Positions 36,630 to 45,566 of a stretch of DNA of 64,000 nt are shown here, piece by piece; position 1 is the first letter of the stretch, and the number at the start of each line of letters is the position of its first letter. The stretch lies in IMG/VR virus record IMGVR_UViG_3300005529_000004, positions 1 through 64,000 of that record. One strand, given 5' to 3'. Under the pieces are notes generated by a model. The model had not been told where the DNA came from, did not search any database, and saw only the letters and a list, made by a program, of their open reading frames with translations. Position numbers and translations under genes: made by a program. The DNA is from a virus.

Positions 36630-38096
36630 ATGAAGCCAGACGATCTCTCCGGCGTCTACCTCGTGGAGGACGGCGACGCTGCCGCTTTCTCGTGGGGACC
36701 GGACGGCGCGCGGCACTCGTTCCGTGGCGTCGAGGACGGCGAGCGCGCACTCCGCAAGGCTGTCGCGCACGGGCTGGCGGTCGAGGAGATCGCGAAGATG
36801 TCCGAGTTCGAGCGCGCGGTAGCCCGTGAGCTGTCGGTCGGCGTCGGCGTCCGCAAGGACACCTCGGGCGCCGTGATCATCGGCTACTTCCCCTTCGACG
36901 GCAACGGCGACGAGGACGATGCCTTCGCCAGCCAGCTCTCGCAGCTCGGCTCCGGCTCCGTCGCCGCGACCGACATCCACCTGACCCTGCTCTACCTCGG
37001 CGAGCCGGACCCCGCCTGGGACCTGGACCTGATCGCCGCGTGCGTCAAGATCGCTTGCTGCACCGCGATGCCGATCAAGGGCTGCGTCTCCGGCCTCGGC
37101 CGCTTCGTCGGTCCCGAGGATCAGGACGTCATCGTCGCGCTCGTGGACGTCCCCGAGCTGGGACGGCTGCGTCACCAGATCAAGGACCAGCTCCTCTGCT
37201 ACGGCGCGCTGCCCTACACAGCGCAGTGCTTTCAGGAGGAGCACGGTTACCTGCCTCACTTCACGATCGCGTACGTCTCCAAGAGTGCAGCATCGCCGTC
37301 GCCGCTGACCGAGGTCGTGCCCTTCACGCTCGATTCCCTGGCGCTGGCTGCCGGGCCGAAGCGTGTGCAGTTCGACTTCTCCGGCGGCTACGACGTCGCG
37401 ACGAGCGATCCTGCACCGTACTACGCCGCGCGCCTGCAGAAGGAAGGGCGCGTGCTGCGCCAGGAGCACCTGGAGTGGATGGAGGACTCGATCGCGCGCA
37501 TGCAGGAGATCGTGGACAGGGAGCGCCGTCGCAAGAAGCCCGGCAACCCCGAGTCGAAGGAAGACGACTCCACCGGCGACGCCGCAGCGACGGGTGGCAG
37601 CGCCGCCCAGATGTCGCGCGACGCCGATGGCACCGAGGACCTGGCCTACACCGTCACGAAGGCGCTGGAGGAGGAGCGGTTCACGCTCGGCCCGCTCTAT
37701 GCGCCGGAGCGCAAGGACGCGCATGGCGAGTGGACCGACGCCGCGACGCTGCAGAAGGCTGTCTGGTCCTTCGTGGAAGAAAGTGCTGCAAATGGGCGAC
37801 TTCTGAACCTGCAGCACGGCGATCACGGCACGCAGACGGTCGGCGAGTGGGTCGAGGTCATGGCCTGGCCCTACGAGCACACGATCAAGGTCGCCACGGC
37901 TGGCGGCGAGGAGCGCGAGCTGGAGATGCCTGCGGGCACCGTCTACCTCGGCGCCAAGTGGTCGCCGGAGGCGTGGAAGCTCGTCAAGGCCGGGAAGCTC
38001 AACGGCTGGTCGCTCGGCGGCTCGGCTGTCCGTGTTGCCACCGAGGGCGACCTGCCGATGATGGGCGATGCCAAGATTCCGGCGGCGGTACGCTAA
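36630..38096 (+). CDS. 2H phosphoesterase (Acb1/LigT-like) fused to an XkdF-type prohead protease
   Basis: Two H-x-T motifs (HLTLLYLG, PHFTIAY); C-terminal DAHGEW..NLQH..AWKLVKAGKLNGWSLGG; leaderless start after GGTAGACT. Confidence 0.82.
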   Translation: MKPDDLSGVYLVEDGDAAAFSWGPDGARHSFRGVEDGERALRKAVAHGLAVEEIAKMSEFERAVARELSVGVGVRKDTSGAVIIGYFPFDGNGDEDDAFASQLSQLGSGSVAATDIHLTLLYLGEPDPAWDLDLIAACVKIACCTAMPIKGCVSGLGRFVGPEDQDVIVALVDVPELGRLRHQIKDQLLCYGALPYTAQCFQEEHGYLPHFTIAYVSKSAASPSPLTEVVPFTLDSLALAAGPKRVQFDFSGGYDVATSDPAPYYAARLQKEGRVLRQEHLEWMEDSIARMQEIVDRERRRKKPGNPESKEDDSTGDAAATGGSAAQMSRDADGTEDLAYTVTKALEEERFTLGPLYAPERKDAHGEWTDAATLQKAVWSFVEESAANGRLLNLQHGDHGTQTVGEWVEVMAWPYEHTIKVATAGGEERELEMPAGTVYLGAKWSPEAWKLVKAGKLNGWSLGGSAVRVATEGDLPMMGDAKIPAAVR

Positions 38097-38101
38097 GCAC
38101 C

Positions 38102-38950
38102 ATGAGCGATCTCACCGAGGCAACGCGCAAGGCGTACCAGCTCCGTGACCCGCAGGAGGCGATGGAGATCGTCCACCGCACGGGTCCCGTGAGCGGCTTC
38201 GGGCTGCACGCCGACCTGACCGACACGGTCAGGGCGCAGGCGGAGCTGCACCGCATCTTCGGTACCGGCGGAGCGCTGCAGAAGGGAGTCTCGGACATCC
38301 GGGCGCTCTGGCTGTCTTCGCTCGCCTCGTCTTACTCGCTCCTGAACGACGCGCAGGCTGGCGCGATCGTCAGTGCCTGGAAGCAGGCATTCGGCGAGGA
38401 CCTGGACGCGCTGCCGCCTGATCAGGTCTACAAGGGCAACGGGCGCAACGTCGGCGACTCCGCGTCGCTGCTCGGCGTCCTGATGGAGGTCGTGACGAAG
38501 GCGTCTGACTCCTCGAAGCCCTACGGCAACGTCACCTACGCCGACCCCGGCTGGCAGAAGGACGGGAAGGCGCGCTACCCGCTCGACAGCGAGCAGCACA
38601 TCCGCGCCGCCTGGAGCTACATCAACCAGGCGAAGAACGCCGCGCTCTACACCGCCGCGCAGCTCGGCAAGATCAAGGCGAAGATCAAGGCAGCCATGCA
38701 GAAGATCGGCGCCGACGTCGCTGGCAAGTCCGGCGCTGGCGACGACGGCACGGCGCAGACCTCGGCATCCGGCAAGCCGGACGATCCGAAGGACCCGAAG
38801 CTCAAGACTCCGGCTGCAGTCGGGCTGCTCGCGAAGGCGAAGGCGAAGGGCGAGCCGCACGAGTACGACGGCGGCAAGGACGGAACCGGCCCTTGCACCT
38901 CCTGCGGCATGTCCAAGAGCGACGGCAACCACCTCCCCGAACCGAGTTAG
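38102..38950 (+). CDS. Head-associated protein with a DUF6582-like domain
   Basis: YADPGWQKDGKARYPLDSEQHIRAAWSYINQ. Confidence 0.7.
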   Translation: MSDLTEATRKAYQLRDPQEAMEIVHRTGPVSGFGLHADLTDTVRAQAELHRIFGTGGALQKGVSDIRALWLSSLASSYSLLNDAQAGAIVSAWKQAFGEDLDALPPDQVYKGNGRNVGDSASLLGVLMEVVTKASDSSKPYGNVTYADPGWQKDGKARYPLDSEQHIRAAWSYINQAKNAALYTAAQLGKIKAKIKAAMQKIGADVAGKSGAGDDGTAQTSASGKPDDPKDPKLKTPAAVGLLAKAKAKGEPHEYDGGKDGTGPCTSCGMSKSDGNHLPEPS

Positions 38951-38953
38951 CCC

Positions 38954-39316
38954 GTGGCGACCACGCCCGGCAACGGCAGCGGCGACCGCGTCGAGCTGAC
39001 GCGCGTCTCGATGTCGGTGGAGGTACTTCGCCAGGAGGTGCGCGCGGCCAACGCCGAGACGCGCGATGAGCTGAAGACCTACATCGACACGAAGCTGCAG
39101 CCGATCCTCGACAAGCAGGCGGCGGTGGATCGTGGCGACTTCACGATGGCGGCGACTCGCGCGATCAAGGCGCTGATCGCCAAGAGCTTCTCGCAGCGCG
39201 CCGCTGCAGGCTTCTCCGCCCGCGAGCGCAAGATCGCGCTGCTCGGGCTGTGCGCGGCGATGATCTCGATGGGCGCAGCCGTGTACGTCTCGATCCACGC
39301 AGCGCTGGGAGGGTGA
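38954..39316 (+). CDS. Membrane-anchored coiled-coil protein
   Basis: C-terminal TM helix. Confidence 0.65.
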   Translation: MATTPGNGSGDRVELTRVSMSVEVLRQEVRAANAETRDELKTYIDTKLQPILDKQAAVDRGDFTMAATRAIKALIAKSFSQRAAAGFSARERKIALLGLCAAMISMGAAVYVSIHAALGG

Positions 39317-39753
39317 GCACGATGAAGACACCGGAGCACTTCGAGGACGTCACCGACACCTTCCTCGGCATGACGAAGGTGAAGCTCGTCGGAGTCGTCG
39401 CCTTCCTCTCGATCGTCACCGCCGCGATCTCCACCGTCTCGCTCGGCTACGCCGTCAGCGCCAACCACCGCGCGGTCGAGTCGCAGAAGGCAGCGGTCGT
39501 GGAGGGCCACAAGGTCATCTGCGTGCTGATCCGCTCATCGCTGCAGACGTCGAAGAACCGCGTCTCGGCAGCGCAGTCCGCGAAGGACCTGAACGCGCTC
39601 GCCGACCAGCTCCCGAAGGGCAGCGTCGCTCAGCGCGCGGTGTACGACGTCGCGTCGCAGTTCGCAGTCTCGGGCAAGGGCGCCAAGAGCGGCGAGGCTG
39701 CGTTCTTCGCCGAGCTGCACAAGATCGGCTGCAACGTCAAGCCTCCCGCATGA
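39313..39753 (+). CDS. Membrane protein
   Basis: N-terminal TM helix; two Cys; GTGA overlap. Confidence 0.65.
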   Translation: MSTMKTPEHFEDVTDTFLGMTKVKLVGVVAFLSIVTAAISTVSLGYAVSANHRAVESQKAAVVEGHKVICVLIRSSLQTSKNRVSAAQSAKDLNALADQLPKGSVAQRAVYDVASQFAVSGKGAKSGEAAFFAELHKIGCNVKPPA

Positions 39754-40175
39754 CCGTCGAGGATCGCGAGCAGGCGATCTTCGGGTCGTTCGATGGTCTC
39801 ACGACTGGCATCGGCATCATCGCGGCGCTAATCCTCGCTGGGCACAGCAAGGCGGTGGTCGTCGGCGTCATGGGCGCGGCGGTCGCAGCGGCTGTCGGCA
39901 TGGGCGCGGGCAAGTGGCTGTCCACACCCGATCGCAACTACGGCACGGCTGGCGTCATGTTCATCGCCACGCTGATCGGCGGCGCAGCGCCGGGCATCCC
40001 GTTCACGTTCCTGCCGCTGCACTGGGCAGTCGCGGCTACGAGCCTCATCGCGGTCGGCGTCGCGCTGCAGATCGGCTGGTTCCGTGGCGCAGGGATTCGC
40101 GGCTACGTCGAGACGGCCGTCGTGCTCGTGCTGGTCACCGTGCTGACGGTGGCCACCGGCGCTGGCCTCGGCTAG
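39750..40175 (+). CDS. VIT1/CCC1-family Fe/Mn transporter (minimal)
   Basis: IFGSFDGL, GMGAGKWLS, GG..P.IPF; about 5 TM helices. Confidence 0.75.
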   Translation: MTVEDREQAIFGSFDGLTTGIGIIAALILAGHSKAVVVGVMGAAVAAAVGMGAGKWLSTPDRNYGTAGVMFIATLIGGAAPGIPFTFLPLHWAVAATSLIAVGVALQIGWFRGAGIRGYVETAVVLVLVTVLTVATGAGLG

Positions 40176-40329
40176 AATCCGGCCATGCGCTGTGAGTAGG
40201 CGGGTGGGCACCGCCGAGGGGCAGCGAGCAATGCGGTGGGTAGATTCTGCGACCGGGCTGCAGCCCGCCACCCGGCGGGACGAGGGAGCTGCCAAGCTCC
40301 GCATCTCGTCGGGTGAGGCCCGGAGACAA

Positions 40330-40401
40330 GGGCCGGTAGCTCAGGCGGTAGAGCTGCCGGGTGAAATCCGGCGCGCGCAGGTTCGATCCCTGCCCGGCCC
40401 A
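40330..40401 (+). tRNA. tRNA-Phe(GAA)
   Basis: GGGCCGG-TAGCTCAG..GCCGG-GTGAAAT-CCGGC..GGTTCGATCC..CCGGCCC-A. Confidence 0.9.
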
Positions 40402-40473
40402 TCGGCTGTAGCTCAGCGGAAGAGCACCGGGCGGCGAACCCGGAGGCCGCAGGTTCGAGTCCTGCCAGCCGAA
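40402..40473 (+). tRNA. Atypical tRNA, GCG (Arg) anticodon with G33
   Basis: TCGGCTG-TAGCTCAG..CCGGG-CGGCGAA-CCCGG..GGTTCGAGTCC..CAGCCGA-A. Confidence 0.7.
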
Positions 40474-40497
40474 TCGAGGACAGTAGACTTTGCCGGG

Positions 40498-40749
40498 ATG
40501 GACTGGTCCTTCCTCCCGCACCTCATCCACCCGCTGTCCGGCGACGGCTACCAGTTCTGGTCGGGCATCGGCTCGGACTTCGGTGAGGCGTCGATCCTGA
40601 CGGCGATCATCGTCGGCTTCCGGCACCGCAACTGCCACGTCCGTGGCTGCTGGCACCTCGGGCACGCCGATCCCGAGCACGGCTTCCCCGCTTGCAAGCG
40701 CCACCACTCGAAGCGGCACCTGCACGGGCTTGACCCGAACGCCGACTGA
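40498..40749 (+). CDS. Small membrane/zinc-binding protein
   Basis: GYQFWSGIGSDFGE and CHVRGC..CKRHH; leaderless after TAGACT. Confidence 0.65.
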   Translation: MDWSFLPHLIHPLSGDGYQFWSGIGSDFGEASILTAIIVGFRHRNCHVRGCWHLGHADPEHGFPACKRHHSKRHLHGLDPNAD

Positions 40750-40790
40750 CGCGCTATATTCTGAACTGTCAACGATCGAGGGAGGACCCT

Positions 40791-41135
40791 TTGAGCACCA
40801 TGTCTTCGTCGCTCCGGCGACGCAACCCACTCGACTTTCTGCTGTGGCCGATCGCCAAGCGCGACTGGAACGGTCGCCTGGTGCTGCGGGACGGCATCGC
40901 GGCGATGATCGTCGTCGGCGCCATCGTCGGCGCGGTGGTCGGGATCGTCTACGGCTGCATGCAGTGGGACATGTCGAACACCCGCGCCTACTGCTCGTCG
41001 CTGAACGGGCGCAGCGGGATGCCGACCGAGTTCATCCAGACCAGCGCCTTCGACTGGGACTGCTACGCGAAGACGCCGGGCGGGAAGCTCGTGCCCACCA
41101 GCCAGATCACCTACTTCGTCGGGAGGTCGAAGTGA
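40791..41135 (+). CDS. Membrane protein
   Basis: GGAGGA SD; one TM helix. Confidence 0.6.
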   Translation: MSTMSSSLRRRNPLDFLLWPIAKRDWNGRLVLRDGIAAMIVVGAIVGAVVGIVYGCMQWDMSNTRAYCSSLNGRSGMPTEFIQTSAFDWDCYAKTPGGKLVPTSQITYFVGRSK

Positions 41136-41440
41136 ACTTCGTCAAGGGGACGCTCGGCCTCTTCATCGCAGTCGCGCTGCCGATCGCCCTGGCCCTGGTC
41201 TTCACCGGGCTGGGCCTCGGCTACGACCACCAGCACGTCAACGACCTGACGCTGATCAGCTCTGTCACTCCGGCTGGCGGCGGCGAGATCGACAGGTACG
41301 CGCCGCACTCCTTCTACCACAGCACGGGCGAGATCGTCGCGGTCTCCGGCGCCATCGCCCTCGGCTGGGTGGTCGTCTCGGCCCTCTGCATCTGGCTCGG
41401 GCTGACGATGTTCGTCAAGCGGAACGTTCGCTGGGACTAG
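41132..41440 (+). CDS. Two-TM membrane protein
   Basis: GTGA overlap; hydrophobic ends. Confidence 0.6.
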   Translation: MNFVKGTLGLFIAVALPIALALVFTGLGLGYDHQHVNDLTLISSVTPAGGGEIDRYAPHSFYHSTGEIVAVSGAIALGWVVVSALCIWLGLTMFVKRNVRWD

Positions 41441-41562
41441 GACGCGTAGCAGGCGGCAGGCGAGGCGCCGGGCGACCGGCGCTTCGTCGTTGTATAATCC
41501 AGGCAACGCGTAAACCCCTGCCATCAACCTCTATAGCAGGGCGCGGTAATCAAGGAGGACAG

Positions 41563-42549
41563 GTGAAGCGCAAGCTCATCTTCCTGTCGGTGGCGATGGC
41601 GATGGCGGCGAGTGTCGCCTTCTCGTTCGCTCCGGCGGCATCGGCCTATGCAACGTGTACCGGCGTCGCGGTGGTTCCGCGCTGGCACGCAGGCCAGAAC
41701 CAGCAGACGAACCCGAACGGCTCGCTGACGCCGTACATCGACGGCTCCTGTAGCCAGGACGGGTTGAACGCAAACGTCTGCATCCAGTACAAGCTGGAGC
41801 CGTCGAACGGCTACAAGCTCGACCAGAACGGCAACCCGGTCCCGGACAACAACCCGTGGACGACCTACGTCTGCGGTGGGCAGCTCGGCAGCGGCGGCTA
41901 CCCGAATCCGCCGAACGGCACCGAGTTCGCAGGGCCGCAGCTCAACTGCGACAGCCTCTCATCGACGTATGCCGGTGCGACCTGGCGGACCTACGCCACC
42001 ATCACCTCGACCGATGGAGGAGGCACCGGCTACCTGACGTCGCCGCTCATCCAGGGCAACGGCGTCGGCTGCGCCGCACCGACCGGATCGTCGTGCAACG
42101 GGTCGGGCATCTGCATCCCGGACACCCAGGCCAACATCTTCGACACGTACTCCGGCCTTGCGCCGACCGAAGGTGGAGACGGCTACGAGCACTGCGGCGC
42201 CACGTACTACGGCTTCGACCCGCTCGGGGAGTTCGGCCAGAACCTGATCTTCGTCTACCCGGTCGCGTACGAGTGCGATGGGAACAGCCCGTACAACCAG
42301 GTCTGGATCAGCAACGCGCTTACGCGCGTCGGCTCGAACGGCGGTGCCTACAACGTCTGGAGCGCATCGGCTACCGAGAGCGGAGGCGCCGACCTGTCGG
42401 GCTTCCTGATCGGCGGCATTCACACCTGCGGCTGGTCGTCGGTCGCCAACCTGTTCTACAACACGGTCGATCTCACCCTTTCGTCGGTCTACGGCACGAC
42501 GGAGGACTCCACCGTGGACGACGTTCAGTACGTCCCGAACTGCTCGTAG
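41563..42549 (+). CDS. Secreted Cys-rich protein (moron-like)
   Basis: Sec signal MKRKLIFLSVAMAMAASVAFSFAPAASA; 12 Cys; TGTATAAT at 41491; AAGGAGG SD; own terminator. Confidence 0.8.
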   Translation: MKRKLIFLSVAMAMAASVAFSFAPAASAYATCTGVAVVPRWHAGQNQQTNPNGSLTPYIDGSCSQDGLNANVCIQYKLEPSNGYKLDQNGNPVPDNNPWTTYVCGGQLGSGGYPNPPNGTEFAGPQLNCDSLSSTYAGATWRTYATITSTDGGGTGYLTSPLIQGNGVGCAAPTGSSCNGSGICIPDTQANIFDTYSGLAPTEGGDGYEHCGATYYGFDPLGEFGQNLIFVYPVAYECDGNSPYNQVWISNALTRVGSNGGAYNVWSASATESGGADLSGFLIGGIHTCGWSSVANLFYNTVDLTLSSVYGTTEDSTVDDVQYVPNCS

Positions 42550-42565
42550 CTGAGCCGGGATGCTG

Positions 42566-42593
42566 CGGAGGGCCGGTTTCGACCGGCCCTCCG
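42566..42593 (+). terminator. Intrinsic terminator hairpin
   Basis: CGGAGGGCCGGT-ttcg-ACCGGCCCTCCG. Confidence 0.7.
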
Positions 42594-42629
42594 TCGTTCA
42601 GGTAGACTAGGCCAGGAAAGGGAGGTGGC

Positions 42630-43160
42630 ATGACGCTCACCGAAGAGGAGCTGCTCGACAAGATGCGAGCGGCGGAAGTGCCGGACGGCCTCGGGACGTT
42701 CCGGCTCACGAAGGTGCAGGAGGACGGCGAGGGCCGGAAGGTCAAGCTCTCGCGGGTGTTCGAAATGCAGGAGGTCGAGGCCCGGCTGAAGGACGGCTGG
42801 GAGCCGGACGCTCCCGACGAGGCACCTGGCTCGGACGCGCACGTTCCGGCCTCGGGCTTCGCGGACGGCGACTATCGGCTGACGCGGGTCGTCACCGACA
42901 AGGAGGGCCGCGACGTTCCGATCACGAACGTGGTCGGGCTGGCCGACGTCCCTGCTCGGCTGGAGGCGGGCTGGAAGCCTGCCGACGCACGCACGACCGA
43001 TGCGCTGGTGGAGCGGGGCCTGATCGACGCCGACGCGGAGGACGCCGAGGTTCGGACGGAGGTCACGAAGCCGAAGACGCCACGGCGCACGAAGCCGAAG
43101 GCGAAGGAAGCGACACCTCCGGCGCCGAAGGTCGAGCCGAAGGCCGACAAGGACGAGTAA
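42630..43160 (+). CDS. Hypothetical protein with an internal duplication
   Basis: Two copies of F/Y-RLT...EV/DV-x-ARL-x-x-GW-x-P. Confidence 0.7.
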   Translation: MTLTEEELLDKMRAAEVPDGLGTFRLTKVQEDGEGRKVKLSRVFEMQEVEARLKDGWEPDAPDEAPGSDAHVPASGFADGDYRLTRVVTDKEGRDVPITNVVGLADVPARLEAGWKPADARTTDALVERGLIDADAEDAEVRTEVTKPKTPRRTKPKAKEATPPAPKVEPKADKDE

Positions 43161-43600
43161 TGCGGGTCCGGCGGGCACCGGCAGCGACGGCCTCCGATCG
43201 GGAGGCTCTCGCTGCCGTTGCTCGGATCGAGGAGGCGCTGGCGCTCGTCGTCGCGGCGCTGGAGTCGGTGGCCCGTCGACTGACCGTCATCGAGGAGCAG
43301 ACCAAGCCGAAGCCACGCGCACCGCGCAAGCCTCGCGCCAAGCCTGCACCGAAGCCCGAGCCGGAGACGCTGCCAGCGAGCCTGGCCGTTGAGGATGAAG
43401 AGCCGGGTCCCTCGTCCGAGGAAGAGGACGTCCTCGCTGAGTTCACGCGGCGCTTCGAGGAGCTGGCGGACGGCGACGACGTTCCGTCAATCGAGGTCGA
43501 GGAGCAGCTTGCCCGTGAGTTCGCTGGGCGGCTGCCGCAGTTTCCTGCCGAGGAAGATTCCCGCGAGACGCGTCGTCGGCGCGCTGGCCGGGTATCCTGA
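43160..43600 (+). CDS. Hypothetical protein
   Basis: TAATG overlap with the upstream gene. Confidence 0.6.
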   Translation: MRVRRAPAATASDREALAAVARIEEALALVVAALESVARRLTVIEEQTKPKPRAPRKPRAKPAPKPEPETLPASLAVEDEEPGPSSEEEDVLAEFTRRFEELADGDDVPSIEVEEQLAREFAGRLPQFPAEEDSRETRRRRAGRVS

Positions 43601-43620
43601 ACAACGAGAAGGGAGGGAGA

Positions 43621-43833
43621 ATGGCCCAGAAGACGATCGAGGAGAAGGTCCTGGCCGCGACTGGATCGGCGAAGTCGAAGACGACGCTCGCCGAGAAGTT
43701 CGACGTCAGCTACACCTACGTCTCGCGCACCGTCAACGCGCTGGTGAAGAAGGGCAAGCTCATCGCCATCACCGGCAAGCAGAAGAAGGGCGCGATCGGC
43801 AGGCCCGCGACGCTCTACAAGCGGGCGGCGTAG
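43621..43833 (+). CDS. Small winged-HTH protein
   Basis: LAEKFDVSYTYVSRTVNALVKKG..GRPATLY. Confidence 0.75.
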   Translation: MAQKTIEEKVLAATGSAKSKTTLAEKFDVSYTYVSRTVNALVKKGKLIAITGKQKKGAIGRPATLYKRAA

Positions 43834-43837
43834 GACG

Positions 43838-44035
43838 ATGGCGGAGAGCGAGCGCAGCTACGACCACACCGAGCGCATCCGCAAGCTGCGGAAGATGGTC
43901 GAGCGCGAGGAGAAGGCCGGGTCCGAGGACGAGGACCGGCTGGCGCCCGCGCAGACGTTCATCCACAAGCACGGCGATGGCGGTGTTGCCTCCACGCCAG
44001 GCGGAGGGCGCGAGCGCACGACGCGTCCTGGATGA
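43838..44035 (+). CDS. Hypothetical protein
   Basis: Clean short ORF in the operon. Confidence 0.55.
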   Translation: MAESERSYDHTERIRKLRKMVEREEKAGSEDEDRLAPAQTFIHKHGDGGVASTPGGGRERTTRPG

Positions 44036-44143
44036 GCTAGACTCGGGCTTCATAGCGGCACCAAGCTGCCGCGCTGAGCTACCGGGGAGGGAGCCGCCGC
44101 AAGGCGGCTTCCTCGTTCTTGAACCCTGCGCTATAGTCCGCGC

Positions 44144-45238
44144 ATGGACATCTTCGACCTGATCGACCCGTTTGAGCTGGAGGAGATGATCGAGGCGGGA
44201 TACGTCTCCGCGCAGCAGCATCCACTGCTGCCGCTCACGATCCTCAACTACACCCACCGCTGCCAGTATGATCGCGCCTGGAACGCGACTACGATGAAGT
44301 GCCGTGGCATCATCTACGGCACGCAGGACGGCGTCATCTATGCGCGGCCGTGGGCTAAGTTCTTCAACTACGGCGAGCCGACGCCGGAGGGCCTCGTGCT
44401 CGACCCGGATGCGCTCGTGGAGGTCACCGACAAGCTGGATGGCTCGCTGGGCATCGGCTACTTCGACCCGACCTGGGGCGGGTTGTCGATCGCCACGCGC
44501 GGCTCCTTCACCTCCGACCAGGCTCTGCACGCATCGAAGCTCTACCAGCGCCGGTACGCGCACTGGATGCCCGAGGAGGGCTGGACGCCGCTGTTCGAGA
44601 TCATCTACCCGGAGAACCGGATCGTCGTGGACTATGGCGGCGAGGACGACCTGCACATGATCGGCCAGGTCAAGATCGAGACCGGCGAGCTGCGAGGCCC
44701 GTCGCTCGAATGGCCCGGACCGATGGCGGCGCTGCAGCAGGCGCTGACCTTCCGCGATGCGGTGGCGCTGCCCGAGCGACCCGGCAAGGAAGGCGTCGTC
44801 GTTCGGCTGCTGGAGACCGACGCGCTGGTCAAGATCAAGCAGGCCGACTACGTCGAGCTGCACCGGATCGTCACCCACCTGAATGAGCGCACGGTCTGGG
44901 AGGCGATCGTCGCCGACCGCTTCGAGGAGCTGATCGAGACGCTGCCCGACGAGTTCATGGTCTGGGCAGAGAACGTCCGACGCAACCTGCAGGCCGAGGC
45001 CGACTACATCGAGGCGCGCATCCGCGAGAAGTACGCGTCCGCGACGTCCTGGATGCAGGACCGGCACGGCTCCGACTGGTCGCGCAAGCAGTTCGCGGAG
45101 CTGGTCACCCGGCAGCCGGAATGGGCGCCGTACATGTTCCTGCTGCTGGACGGCAAGAACGTCCACGAGAAGATTTGGGCGTCGATCAGGCCGGAGGCGG
45201 CAAAGCCGCTGATGGACCGAGGAGAGGAGATCGCATGA
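44144..45238 (+). CDS. T4 Rnl1-like RNA ligase
   Basis: CRG..KFFN, DKLDGSL, ATRGSF.S.Q, FEIIYPENRIVV.Y, EGVV and KIK..Y..LHR. Confidence 0.92.
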   Translation: MDIFDLIDPFELEEMIEAGYVSAQQHPLLPLTILNYTHRCQYDRAWNATTMKCRGIIYGTQDGVIYARPWAKFFNYGEPTPEGLVLDPDALVEVTDKLDGSLGIGYFDPTWGGLSIATRGSFTSDQALHASKLYQRRYAHWMPEEGWTPLFEIIYPENRIVVDYGGEDDLHMIGQVKIETGELRGPSLEWPGPMAALQQALTFRDAVALPERPGKEGVVVRLLETDALVKIKQADYVELHRIVTHLNERTVWEAIVADRFEELIETLPDEFMVWAENVRRNLQAEADYIEARIREKYASATSWMQDRHGSDWSRKQFAELVTRQPEWAPYMFLLLDGKNVHEKIWASIRPEAAKPLMDRGEEIA

Positions 45239-45441
45239 GCGATAGCGACATCGTCGTGGAGGCCCTCAAGCAGAAGCTCGGCGACGTCCAGCGTCAGAAG
45301 GAGAACGCGATTACCGAACGCTCCAGCGCACTCGGAGATGTCGAGCTGTGGACGCGGGAGCAGGGCAAGTTTCAAGAGCAGGAGACGGCACTCATCAACG
45401 CGCTCGACGTCATGGCGCCGGGCTGGGAGGAGTCGGCATGA
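45235..45441 (+). CDS. Hypothetical coiled-coil protein
   Basis: ATGA overlap; SD. Confidence 0.6.
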   Translation: MSDSDIVVEALKQKLGDVQRQKENAITERSSALGDVELWTREQGKFQEQETALINALDVMAPGWEESA

Positions 45442-45566
45442 CCGGCAAGAAGAAGGACTACGTGTTGGCGAAGGTCATCGGCGCCGGGATCGGCCGCGCG
45501 CTGATCGGCGTCGAGTACGGGATGGGCGCCTGGATCGTGCTGCACCTGCTGGGGAGGCCGTGGTGA
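45438..45566 (+). CDS. Small membrane peptide
   Basis: ATGA overlap. Confidence 0.5.
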   Translation: MTGKKKDYVLAKVIGAGIGRALIGVEYGMGAWIVLHLLGRPW

